NCBI GenBank assembly: GCA_000320545.1
Contig: ADNK01003500.1
Location: 43,097 to 107,096, forward strand
Length of the DNA: 64,000 bases
From: Bigelowiella natans CCMP2755
Taxonomy: Eukaryota > Protista > Cercozoa
Reading direction: 5' to 3'
Shown: piece by piece, positions 14,131 to 27,791 of the stretch
How the letters are laid out: every line of letters starts with the position of its first letter
How positions within the stretch are numbered: position 1 is the first letter of the stretch
Translations under genes and position numbers: made by a program
The notes under the pieces: generated by a model
What the model saw: only the letters and a program-made list of their open reading frames with translations
Databases searched by the model: none
Told to the model about the DNA's origin: nothing

Positions 14131-15317
14131 CATCACAGCTGTGCGATGCAGACTTGAACGCGTGCTTTTGCAGCCAAGCTAGCAAGCGCACATGCCACTG
14201 TCCAGCTGTGCGCATTCGCATCGTTTGCACTCATCGCGACATCATCTCGACTTTCACTTTTTCCCGCCCAACTGCAGGCTGATTTTGGCAAGTCCAGAAG
14301 TGGCCAAACGATGCCCAACAGTCATGCAAGCACGTTCCACAAGCTGGCAAGGCTGGACATGGCCATCTAGGTGGCATGCAACTGCTAGCTGGCTGGCTCT
14401 GGAGCTGGCTGGAACACTCCAGCACTGGAGGGTGAGCATTTTTCATTGTTGTTCTTGCCAGCTAGCTGGCTTGCATTGCACACATCCAGGCATTGCACGT
14501 CTCGGTCGTCTGGATCGTGCCAGCGTGTGTGCTTTCTGGCCACTGCTGACTGGCCGGCGCAGTGCCAGAGTGTTTGTTTGGCATCTGCGATGCATGTCAT
14601 CACTGCCAAAACTTCGATCGTGCCGTCCTGTCCAGCTTTGTCTCAAAATTCCAGAGATTTGCTGTCGAGCTGTGCGAACGATGATCATTTTCAGTCCCTG
14701 CTGGCCTGTCGAGCTCTTGTTTTTCTTCATTCTTGGTGTGAAAGACAGACCAAAATCACATCAATCTCATGGGCAACCACCGATCCACTTCCAAGAGGCG
14801 TGAACATCAGGAAGAACACAGCAGGTTTTGGTGGGTTTTGAGGATCGTCAGTCCTTCTAGCCTTGCTGACGACATCGACAGTACGCCCTACGACTTGACA
14901 TGATCCTATCCCTGCGACATCCCCTAGTCCTTGTCTTAAGTTATCAAGTGCGAGGATCATCCTTGATTTTGATGAAGGAAAAGCTGACCTTTTTCCGTGC
15001 CTGGAATGATGTAGAACGATCAACGGATGATGACAGAGACAATGGAAAGACGAGCAGAGAACAATGTAGTTGTGTCATTCCTTCTTTCAATATATCACCG
15101 ATAAAATATGTGACTTCCGAGTAGGAGAAGGAGTGGGCAAAGGCTACATCAAACAAGGAGGACCAGGGGGGGGACCAGAACAAAGGACGACAGCAGAATC
15201 GAGGGAGAGGGGGTCTACGGACGACGGGAATTCTGGATACACAGCCGCGACTTTGTGCGTGCTGCTACGGCCTTGGGGAAAGAAACCCCAAATTCTATTG
15301 GCATCTAGTCCGCGAAA

Positions 15318-15981
15318 ATGAAGCGAGCAGACGGGGGTTTTGCGACGATGGTGGATAAAATCACCAGCTTGATCACGGGTGCTAATAAAACCCAGAAAGC
15401 GGAGAATATACTGCTTGAGGTAGTAAATTCTCATTTTTCTAAGCCTCATCCTTTCTGTTGATTAATTAAAAGAATGCATCGTCGTTAGGCTTTATCTGCA
15501 TTAAAAGAATCCAGGAAGAATTTCCCTCCCGCTGACAACAACAGTGCGAGCATCGTCAATTCTGAGTCGCTCACTAAGATGTTCAACGCTCTCCAGCAAT
15601 TCGTTCACAAGAATATCGGGCAGCTCCGAAAGCAACTCGTCATCAGCGCACTCACCGGATTTCTTCATCAATCATCAAGCTTGGGGCTCAGCGTAAACCG
15701 TACCCTCAACAGTAGATTTTCCGTCTTTATTGCCGCGATCTTGAGCCGAATTATTGAAGGAATGGAACCTCCATGGCCAGAAGACTTAGCTTTGGCTTAT
15801 GTAGAGGATGTACTGCTTTCCAATGGAGGAGGAGGAGGAGGAGGAGGGGTGACCATTCCGGAGACTTGGTCTAGCCACCCTGAAATTGAAGCTTTCAATG
15901 CAAAAATCAGGACTGTCTTTCTACCACAGCAATCGCAGCAAGAAGTAAATGCATACTTTCGTCTCCTTCTCTTTGTGTGTG

Positions 15982-16023
<42 letters not shown>

Positions 16024-16426
16024 ACATGTATAACCTTGCAGCACAAGCAGCAGCAACGTGGAGGGAGAGGGGGAGGACCGAACTGGTTCAACACTGCCGT
16101 CAAGTCAGAGGCACGCCGCACTATTGAAAATCATGTCAAAAGGCTGCTCAAGCAAATTTCAAGCAAGGTGGTAGTAGAGAACATTAGTAACATTATGGAC
16201 TAACCTTGTGGTAGTAGGTGTACCATATACGCACCTAGGATGATGAATGTTGCCTTCATTTTGTAAAACACCCTTTCTGTTCACAGGGCAAATCCCTAAA
16301 CCAAAGGACTCGCTTAAGCACACAAAATACTTTAATACGCCTTTTGACCATTTCCATGCACTACCCTTACTGTCGGATTGTGGCCTCAAAGGTGATATTT
16401 AAAAGAACATAGTGAATATGGTTGTG

Positions 16427-16496
<70 letters not shown>

Positions 16497-17432
16497 TCAC
16501 AAATGTTGACGACATGGCAACACTCAAACAATACGCTCTTTCTCTCCCAGCACCTTTCCGATTGGATATCCGCAATAGGGACAAGAAATGCGGCTCAAAA
16601 ACTACTCACATCGCTAACTCAAGCTGCAAGTTAGTAGCTCACTTCTAACTCACATGACACCCATCAATCAATAAACATAGGGTTTTTCTTCGTCGTTGTC
16701 GTTTTGATCGAACATTGGTGTTGGTAGATTCGGGGTATTTCATAGTTGATGCAGCCGATACCGCAGTTGCGAGAGATATCTTCGTCATGTCTTTGGTACT
16801 TCTATAGTAAGGAAGAGAGTAGGAAAAGGGAATGATCGATTTTTATGCCGCTTTTCACAAAATTTATCTCTTCTCCACCTTCTTTTCCCCTTACTTTTAT
16901 GAGTCTCTCGTGCATATGATACAATAATCATAAAAATACTTGTAATAATAATCATAATGGCAATTGGTTGGGGTGATGGTGATGGCATCAATAAACACAT
17001 TCCTTCTTCTTTCACTTTCACTTTCAATATAGTACTTACATGCTGATGTGCGGTTGTGACATCAACTACTACTTACTACTCATAATATAGAATATCGGTG
17101 GCAGTGGGAACAACAACAACAACAACAATAGCAGCAACAATGCCATTGGTTCCCTGCGTTTAAGGGTACAAGCGTGTGCCCGAGCATTGCTTCGTTTCCC
17201 TGTTCATTTCGAGGTAAATAGCAATAATAATGCACCCAACTACCAACACGAGGATATCAATACATCTCACTCGTTATCTTCCTCACCAACATCGTCATAT
17301 CACCAGTATTGTCTTCTTCTTCTTCATCATCATCATATCAGGCGGGACTATCAATCCTGCTGCAAATGTACCCATCTGCTCTATTCCTCAAACGGGAGGC
17401 TCTCCCCCTCGTATGTTCATGCCGGCCATTAA

Positions 17433-17468
<36 letters not shown>

Positions 17469-17471
17469 CAC

Positions 17472-17510
<39 letters not shown>

Positions 17511-17941
17511 TTATGGGCATGATATTTTGTGATTGATTCCTGGTGGTGTGTTTGTCGTAAGGTGGATACGCTCTTGTTCTCACAACCGAATGCAAGGGAT
17601 TTGGGTCGAGCGCTAGGTGAAGAAGAAGAACAAGAAGAAGAAGAAGAAGAAGATTATGATGTTAATGATAGTGACTACTTAGTCAACAGCAACCGACTTC
17701 GATATAGATTAGCTGCTACATTACGAACAAACAAGAGACGATTCAGAGCTAATGCTTCGAGCATCTTCATCATCATCATCACCATCAGCATCTCTTTCTT
17801 ATTTTTGCATCATCATCATCGTCGACGTATTATTCATCATTCTGTATAGGATCGAGCTTTCAAAAAAACCTGCATGGCCTCATGGATAGTGATGTGAAAC
17901 TCTTTGACAAGATGAAAGTCATCTTGTACAGGTCATGACCT

Positions 17942-17973
<32 letters not shown>

Positions 17974-19216
17974 TATCATCATAATAACAACAACGACAAC
18001 ATCATCGAATCTGGAGTGAATCGATATGGCATGGAAGAGCACATAGAGACTGGCATGCTTACCACCCCCCATAGCGGCTAACGTTTGCGAATACTTTTTA
18101 GAGCATTTTCAGTTACACCGAACATATTGGAGCTGTTGGAAGTATTTGTCCTAGCAATCACCACGGTATCGTCGTCATCATCGTCGTCATCATCATCATC
18201 ATCATCATTATGTAATTTATCTGGAAAGATTGTCCCTCGACACTACTATCAGTTGAAGTGTTATATATAACGGAACGGTGGTCCACATCGCTTGATGATG
18301 GTGATGTATAATGCAAAAAGGTGGAGAAAAACCTGCGACCTTCTCACCCGTTCAACGGAGAGGCCAATGGAATCAACTTGCATAGCAGGGAGATTATCAT
18401 TAAAGGAGTGGTAATGAGTGTAGAAATACGAAACAACAACAACAACAATAAGAGAAAAAATAAAGCAGTACTACACTACAAACGATTGCTTTATGATAAC
18501 AAAGATAACAACCACTAATATAAGTTAAGCACTGCAAAATAATGATCTAATTGCGTCGAACAACTTAGCCTGTTTAGTCCTTTCTATTTGTTGGGATTTC
18601 TCCTCTCTACATGATAATTAGTATTCTCTCTGCACTGTTTCTCCTTATCTTCTTCTTCTTCATCTTCCTTTCTTGATTGATGATGGTTTTACTACTTCTT
18701 CATTATAATGTGTTGGGTAGGTTGATTTAGTAACTTTAGCATTCCTGGCCTCTGCCGAACGTCATCTCAAACTGTAATAAGCATAACTTTTAGCTAGGAC
18801 AATCTCTCGTCAAATAACTCACCTTAAGATCACATGCCTTAGCTCTTAGTGCCATCCATCATCATTCATGATGATGCTCGTTGTTAGTGTTATCATCATC
18901 ATCGTCATCATCATCATCATCACTCTCATCATCATCATCATCATCGTCAGGTTACCGAATACGTACATAGCATTGACGTCTCCAGAATGGCTGCGAGACT
19001 ACCATGTATACAGGCCTCCTCCCCCCCCTCTTAATCCCGCATCTTCTGGTCCTCCTACTGCTGGTTCTGCTCGAGTAGACGAAGGCAAGAAGATGGCTGC
19101 TGCTACAGTAAAAACAACAACAACAATGCAAACGACAGCGACCGTGACAAAAAAGGGGAAAGCTGCAATAACTGGCAACAAGGGGCACTCCCCTCCGGTA
19201 AAGAAGAAGAAGTGTA

Positions 19217-19269
<53 letters not shown>

Positions 19270-19909
19270 GAGAGAGAGAGCTTATGCATCATATCTGCAT
19301 ATTCTCACCTAGAAGATAGACAATAATGCCTGGGAACAACATCAACAATAACAACAACAACCAACCAACCAAAAGAAGGAGGAAGATATAGTGGAGCTAG
19401 CTCTCCGAGAAAAGGGGGGGGTAGGCAATTGCACGTTCCATTCAACGCTGCTACTTGAATAATGATGATGATGATGATGATGATGCTGTATTCCTTGCAA
19501 CGATACTCATCACGATCTTCCTCCTCCTCCTCTTCCTCCTCCTCCCCCTCTTCCTCTTCCTCTTCCTTCTTATAAATCAACGATGCTATATTGTTACATA
19601 GATGATAGCATTTACTCAGTCCCAGCACCAACTGCAGCACCAGCAACCACCCAAATTGCAGTTGAGCCTCTCCTCCCCAGCTGTTATCGATAGTCATAGA
19701 GGAGGAGGAGGAGGAGGGGGGGGAGGAGGAGGAACAGCGAGTGGCCTAGCATATATGACAACAACACCAACACCAACAACTTCTGCTATCGGTGGTGGTG
19801 ATGGTGCTACTGATCCTACTACTGCGTCGTCATCATCATCCAAGAAACCATCTTTGACAACAGCTTTTGCCTCTGCAAGCTACGCAAGGTAATCAATACT
19901 TGGGGGATA

Positions 19910-19945
<36 letters not shown>

Positions 19946-20538
19946 ATGGTGACGACGATGTCTTCAATGATGCTATTCGTTAGACATTTCAGATATTTTA
20001 GGTAGATTATTGATCCACATCATCATCATCATTTCCATGATCATCGTTGTGCACAAAATATGTTCTTCGTCGTTATTATACCAATAGCCTTGTCGCATAT
20101 CGGGAGAGTGTAGCCAATGCTCAGAGGCACGCAGTGGTAGATCATCATCAGCAGCAGCAGCAGCAGGAGCAGCATTCTTCTGATCTTATCCATAATAACT
20201 TACAAAAACAATCATGATACTAAGTAGTAAGAACGCCCATGGTAGTAGCAATAGTAGTAATAGTAGTATAATCTTGCCTGTATATGGAGAGAGTAGTATA
20301 CGTGATGATTGTGTGCTGCTTAGATTAATGTTTTTGGTCTGTGTTGTTGTGGCGTTGTTGTACTTGATAGGTTTGGCTGACGACTTTTGGAATGCCTTAC
20401 TTACCGTTGGCCAACGAGCAAACTCTGACACAGATGCTAGTGCAGCTGTACGATGACGATTATATTGATCATAACGACGACGACGACGATGATGATGATG
20501 ATAATGAATATGAGCCTCCGTATCCGAAGAAGAAGAAT

Positions 20539-20572
<34 letters not shown>

Positions 20573-21053
20573 GGAGGAGGAGGAGGAGGAGGAGGATGAT
20601 GCTTTAGTGTTGAATAATCTCATCTTGATTTCACGATGTTCAATCCTTGAACGAGCAATGACAACTTGCGGTCTCTTTCTTTTCTCTGTTGTTATGATGT
20701 GTCGTCGTCGTCAGGTTATTCATTCATCTTAACCCCTATTCGCATCCAATCAACAAGCTCTTTGCTTTCAAGAACAACAACGCTCCGCAGCGCCATTCCA
20801 ATTCGAAGCAAGGTGAGTTACAACATCATGTGTGAATGAAGGTGTTGTGAAGAAGAAGGAAGTTGGTTTCTTTCATCGTCACACACATATCAATAATAAC
20901 TTACACGACAACGACAAAGGAATACGAGTATTATCCGTGGGTATCTCATCACTAAAGAACTGTGTGTGTTGTATTCATATTTAACTTTTATCGTGCTTCT
21001 ACTTTGCACTTTTCTCTCTATGTCATGGATCATGAATGAACCTCAACTTCCTC

Positions 21054-21086
<33 letters not shown>

Positions 21087-23126
21087 TGCGTATCTTTGCA
21101 GGAATAGATCCAAGCTTTTTGGATCGTGTCATGGCTTGGAAGTAATTAACGTCGTCGTCATAATCTTGCATGTCATGCTGCATTTTGATGCTACAGATAT
21201 ATCATAATCATCATCATCATCATCTTCTTCTTCTTCTTCTTCACCCACATTATTGTATCTTCCTCCTCCTCCTCCCCCTCCAGGGAAACACCGTTTGCTT
21301 TCGCCACGCAGCCGGAGAAGGGGGTTGTGGTGAGAGGACTTGCGTGTAATACATTATCCTAACCTTAACCCAAAGGGGAACGTTGAGTCATAGAGGGATC
21401 GTTCAGTGATAATATAGCGAGATCAGTTCCAAACATCACCAACTACTAACTAACTATGTATGTATGTATGTATGTGTGTGTGTAATGGCGGCATAACCAC
21501 CTTTGGTGTTGTTTGTGTTGGTAGGCATGCGAGCCCAGCGGTACCATCCTGGATCCCTGAAAAACGTTATTTCTCCAATGAACGATGGTCACGGAGTTTA
21601 TGAAAAGGTGGGTTAGCTAGATAGCTAGGGGCCATTACCACTATTGGTACTACTACCGCTGCTATTTACTACCGCACCTCGAAGGATCACTATCGTTTCC
21701 CCAAGAAGGGGAGGAGAAAGGGGATAATGAGACCGCGTATGTACCTGCGCTCTCCTTCTTTTCTTTCTTTCTTTCTCTGTTTCTTTGCCGTCTCACTACG
21801 TTATGATGATGATGATGATGATGATGATGACGTGTATTACGGCAGATATCCCCGTGGATATGGTCTCTGCTCTCTATGGAGCTTCCAGTTCGCGAAGACA
21901 CTATAACAGCTATCTTATCTCTTCCCTTTAAAATCAAAAAGTACAAACAGCAAAGCAGTAGTAAAAGTAGTAGTAGTTTTTGAACAATAGCTTAATAATT
22001 AGCAGAGGATGGATTCGGTCTCTGTGCTATGACTAAACAATTGTTGTTTGTAGGATAAGACAAGCCCATGCGCTGTACTTTGTGAGCGTGTTGGTGCATC
22101 GGTAAGTGGTGGGGTGGTGGTGGCCATAAAAGAGGAGGAGGGAAAAGAAGAAGAAGAAGAAGAAGATACAGATTGCTTTTACGATGGGATGAGAGGGAAG
22201 ATGAGGGAGTATGGGGTTATTTTGTAACTACATGATAGGGTTATTTTGTAACTACATGATACCCTTTTGGCAATATATTCAACCCCTCTCCTCCTCCTCC
22301 TCCTCCTCCTCTTCCTCCTCCTCCTCTATAAACTCTATGCCTCTGCTTCTTCCTCGGTTTCTCAAAGAGCACTTCCGCTTGCGGCTCATCCTGCAGATGA
22401 TGATTCCAAGAGTAGTTACACTGCAAGTGGGAGAGGGGGGGGGGGGTTGCCTGGGAGAAGTAATAACAGCAAGAGCAGCAACAACAACAATAAGCAGCTC
22501 CTTCTGGACAACATTACTCTTGATGTCAGAGAGCTCAGCATTCATAGAAAGGTGGTATTTTGATGATGATGATGATGATGACATCAGTGCCTACTTGTCA
22601 TTACCAATTTTTTTTAGCACACCACTACTGGAGGGTATCATCTTCTTCCTCTTCTTCTTCTTCCACTTACTTCCTGTCTCTTTTCTATGCTAGATATTGC
22701 GGAAGTGCAACATTCCGAATGCGCTCGTCATTCAGGACGTGGAGAAAATGTAATTTTAAAAATATATAAGAATAATGATTATAGTGTGTGGGGGGGGAGG
22801 GTAGAGCGGATCGATACATTGACACATAGTAGGATCTTATAACAGAGAATCAGCAGAAGAACGATTACACAAATAGTACTATTACAAAATTAAAGAAGAA
22901 ATAAATTTGTTGTTATTGATGGTGCTTTTGTACGTGCATTTGTTTACTTTACAGGGTGAGAAACCTTATCGGTTTGGCTCTATTCAGAGAAGGGTCTCTT
23001 CTTGTGAGGAAGGTTATGCATGTTTCCACAATTTACATAATTAAATACATGTAATCGGCTCATCATCGTCTCCTCTCCTCCAAACAACACAATCAACTAC
23101 AGCATTACGCGTACAATAAGTATTTG

Positions 23127-23161
<35 letters not shown>

Positions 23162-23541
23162 CATAGGATCTATTCTGGACTGCAAGCATGATAATCGTAA
23201 CTGTGGGCGCATGTAATCACACATCATTTTCCATGACCCTAAAACAAGTAGCAAAGAATCATAGCAATTTGAGATCCTTTTCCTGGTACAACGACAAGTA
23301 CGAGGATGGCAAAGCTTATGATTTCCCCCTTTTCTTGTGTTTGTGCTGCTGCTTACTATGTTGCGGTCCTCCCCCCCCCTTCCAACGAGCAGGCAATAAT
23401 CCAGACTTGATCTGGTTGGCGTGGAACAGTTACCCCGCTCTCAAACGCCTGATTTACATCATAGTACGGCAACACAAACAACAATGTGCTGCGATGATTA
23501 GTAGCTTTGTTGCTGATTATCCTGGTTGTTCATTCGTGTGG

Positions 23542-23573
<32 letters not shown>

Positions 23574-25267
23574 CATTAGGTAACAGATTCCTTTCATGAA
23601 GGCGGCAGTGAGAAGCAGCCAATGTACTCAATAGCAGTAGTAGTAGTAGTGGTAGTTGTTGTTGTAGTAGTAGTAGTTGTGGTAGTAGTCGTCGTCGTAT
23701 ATGAAAGGAGGGAAGAGAGAGGAGAAATTGGAATTGCATATAATACGAATTTCTTTCTCCTATTATTGAGCGACATGTGTGTTTTCCTTTTCCCTCTTAC
23801 TACCATCTTTCTCTCCCTGCCTCAGGATGGCGCTGGATGTTGCTAAGGATCTAGAGAGGTCTGCTGCGTAAAGAACAAGAACAAGAACAAGAAGAAGAAG
23901 AAGAAGGAAGATTTAAAAAACAGAAGAGGAAAACACTGTTTAATTCATTATTATGATTGTTGTTGTTGTTGTTGTTGTCATGGGTTACCAGTACGTTACT
24001 GCCTCAAGGATCTGGCATTTCAAAGAGCAATGGTGTATGGACGCCATCGGAAAGCTTGATACTAACACACTTTCTGGATTTGGATGGGGAGATTGAGGAG
24101 ATTGGGGTTGTTCTTCCTTAGACTGCCGCTACTGAAACTATCTAGAAGAAGAAGAAGAAGCAATTGCTAAGAAACAATTATTAGGCACTCAAGCAAACAC
24201 GAATATGTGATGAAATATTGAGTACGATAACAAAATAACAATGATAGTAGCACGTATTTACTCAAGAAACATCACTCTTAGGGATCAACATTCATTATGT
24301 CGTTACCTCTTCTCTCGCTCATCATCATCATCTTCTTCTTCTTTTTCTTTAGATCCCCACTCTAGTGGCAAAGCGTCTACAAAACATCTGCACTCGTTAT
24401 AATCTAGGAGTCGCTCTGAGACGTACCAACATACAATATATAGTGACGTATACACACAGCATACGGAGTGTTGCTTTCATCACTTATAACCCTACTGAGT
24501 AGTAGATTGTGGTCATGTGACACTTGTTGTCTGGAAGCATCATCATGAAATTATTCCTTCTTTCCCCCTCCTTCCACCTCTAATCAACGAGTAACAGCAC
24601 ACTCGCATAACACACGAATCAAACAAACAATACATATAGGCACCCCAGGAGAAAGGGGCAAAGATAGTGCATATGATAACGAAGATGGGGTCAATAGTGT
24701 TACGGTGACATTCCCTTCGCATTCACTGCTTGCTTCAGTAATACAGCTCCAACCTAGAATGGAGAAAAGCATTCACGGCGCAAAAGCATTCGACGAGAAA
24801 GGGGGCAGTAGCATCAATTGGATCTTGAAAGCAGCTTTGGAAGATCCTTCTTCAGTTGTAGCGCTTCTTCCACTACGCACAGCACTGCGTATCTTGCTCA
24901 ATCTCCTCCGACGACACGAAACACCTAGGCTTCTTGGTACTAGTTTATAGTATACATATCATATGCCTCCACCTTTGAAACATCTTCGTGTTATTAGCTA
25001 TTAGGGGGTGGGGCACTCGCCTTGTATGTCATTCGTCGTCATGGAATTCTCCCTCTGTTGTTTAATCCTCATACACGATGATAAGTCGATAGTCGATAAT
25101 ACTGTGTTTGCCTGGCATTCTCTCTTATCATGTTATTTATAACCCAGCAGCTACGATGATGTCTAATGAGCTCAAAGTGTGTGAAGAGATTGTGCGTTTA
25201 CTCCGAGAGAGGTCTAGTCCTTGGCATGTTCCCTATAAGTGCACACGGACGGCATCAAACACCACCG

Positions 25268-25305
<38 letters not shown>

Positions 25306-25735
25306 ACTACCACCCCCCCACCTGAAACAACGAGAATTCCAAAAATACTAAGCACGAGAGGATCATTACGCGTGTTGTGTAAAAATGCCATTAGAAACAT
25401 TACGAATTGACAGGTTACTACCGCCTTCATATCATCGTGGGCGTGCTGGGAAGAAGGAGCTTCAAAACCCTAATTATGAAGAGCAAGGGTAAGAATTATA
25501 CATATAAAAGTACTAGTAGCGATCAACTACTGCTACTCCTATAAAAATAGTATGTGAAAGCACGACGGCGGAAATTGAAAGATGTTGATGCTTGACGTTG
25601 GATAACAGTGATGATGATCATAGCACAACCAGCAGATCGTTCGTTCTCATGATGATGATGATGATGATGATGAAAGATGTGTGGACTCTCTAGCCCTCCC
25701 TATCTTGGCTCTTTTCTTTGCAATCCGATGCGTAA

Positions 25736-25770
<35 letters not shown>

Positions 25771-26458
25771 TATCATCAATGATTGGATTGATCGACCAAA
25801 AAGGGATCAATTCGAAGAAGCTATTACCACGCTACTAAGAACGATGGTGAAACCTGCAGCACAACAGAGCTTCAGGCTAAGGTGCTCTAACAACCACCCA
25901 ACTGCTGCTCTGATATCTTGATCATCAACCTTTCTTAGTTGTGATGAGAAGAAGAAGAAGAAGAAGAAGAAGAAGAAGAAGAAGAAGAGGAGGAGGGAGA
26001 AAGTAGTAATGATGATGATAATGTCAGTGATGTATTATGTATCAACAGAATCTCACTAACTCTCGACTGCTGGCTAAGCTCTGAATACGTGCCTTTGAGG
26101 AAACGATTCATGGATGCAGAAGGAGAAGGAGGAGGAGGGGGGGGAGGAGGAGGAGGACATTGTGCCTTTGGTGTTGCGATGGAGGAAGAGGAGGAGGAAG
26201 AGAAGTTGGAGGAGCAGGGAAACAAGAATAAGAACAAACTACAGTCGTCGTCATCGTCTTCTTCTCTGCCATGGCTGCGAGCCATGAATAGACTGTTTCC
26301 TTGCCTCTTTTCCCTACGCGACGAAGACGAGGAGAAACAAGGAAAGAGACAACAAGAAGATGGTGGTGATAATGATGATGATGATCAGATCTATTCTTGG
26401 ATACAAGACCAGGTCAATAGCTCTCTACCGCAACATTGTTATTCTTTTTCTCATCGTT

Positions 26459-26495
<37 letters not shown>

Positions 26496-26644
26496 CAATC
26501 ATCGTTATTATCAGGTACAAGACACTCTTGCAAGCGTGCTGCTGGATCTACTGACTCTTGTTGGGGAAGGGAAACAGCTTTCTCAGCAGCATATTGGTCC
26601 TTCAACTCAGTGGACGGTAGTAGAAGAGAAGAAGAAGAGGAGTT

Positions 26645-26675
<31 letters not shown>

Positions 26676-27675
26676 CGAAATTTAGCCAATCAATGAGTAT
26701 CCATCCGCTTGATAAAAAAAAGGCCCTGGCTGAACTTCCTCTCCTCCTCCTCCTCCTCCTCCTACTACTACTACTACTACTATCCTCCTCCTATCCTCCT
26801 CCTCCTACTACTACTACTACTACTACTACTACCATCATCACCCACCATCTATCCCTAGATTTTGGTAGAGCTACATAGGTTGTCTTTGGTGTCCGAAAAT
26901 CATGAGGAAAGAAACAGTATGCCCCCCCCCGGCAGCAGCAAGGATAGTGATGATTCAGCAGCTCAAGACAACACCAACGCTGCTGCTGCTGCTGCTGCTG
27001 CTCTAAAGACGACTGAGGAGCTTCCTGTTATCAGTGAGCAAACTGGAGTTTCTCGTCTCACTTTGGCTCTTCAAGCAGCACGATTGATCATCAACTATCC
27101 CCTGTCAATGCAAGCACTGGTGGTGGAGGAAAATCCTGCAAGTGTCATCAACTGCTTTGCGGCCATTCTCATGAAAGGCATCATATCAGCTGGAGAGCAG
27201 CAACACATCCCTCCTCCTCGCTCGGAGCTGCTTAACAATGTGCGGTTGATCTAGTTGTAAGAGCAGCCCTTATGACGACGACGACGATGATGATGATGAT
27301 GATGATGGTAGTGGAAGAAGGAGGGGTACAGTTGTTGACATTGGCTTTCGATGATAAGGATAACGATGATGATGATGATGATGATGACGATGATGTTGTA
27401 AAGCAGATGATGGGAAAAGTAGTAGGAGAGGGCATTCCGTGCGTTCTCATCGTCGCTTCTCTTCGGCTGATGGGTTACTGCAACTTTGAGGAGGAAGAAG
27501 AAGACAAACGAGGCGATGATGATGATCAAGAAGACGGACAAGGAGCGCCTATGCTGACCGACCTCTCGAGCCTCAAAGCAGTGCTGTACGATTCGAATGG
27601 AAAACAGCTACGACACATCTTACTTCCTGCTCTTGAGCAAGGTAGAGAGAAGAAATGATAGTTGTTGTTATTATC

Positions 27676-27711
<36 letters not shown>

Positions 27712-27745
27712 GTGTGGTGCTAGTAATAAGGAAGACTCCCATAAT

Positions 27746-27791
<46 letters not shown>

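Larger units (their letters stand above)
13541..14880. other. Intergenic TpA-depleted, CTAG-retaining island
   Basis: Manual count gives 26 TA dinucleotides, 22 of them in CTAG. In 13941-14880 all 14 TAs are in CTAG. The island is rich in TG, CA, CATG and TGCA and lacks the long microsatellites seen in introns. Confidence 0.9.

Noticed and set aside
13541-14880. Explaining the island by CpG methylation decay or classical RIP
   Set aside because: CpG remains frequent in the island, and RIP would increase TpA rather than remove it.
23167-23215. Possible GC-AG donor after a micro-exon in INTS1
   Set aside because: Reading through gives DLFWTASMIIVTVGAC, which matches the INTS1 motif, so no GC donor is needed.
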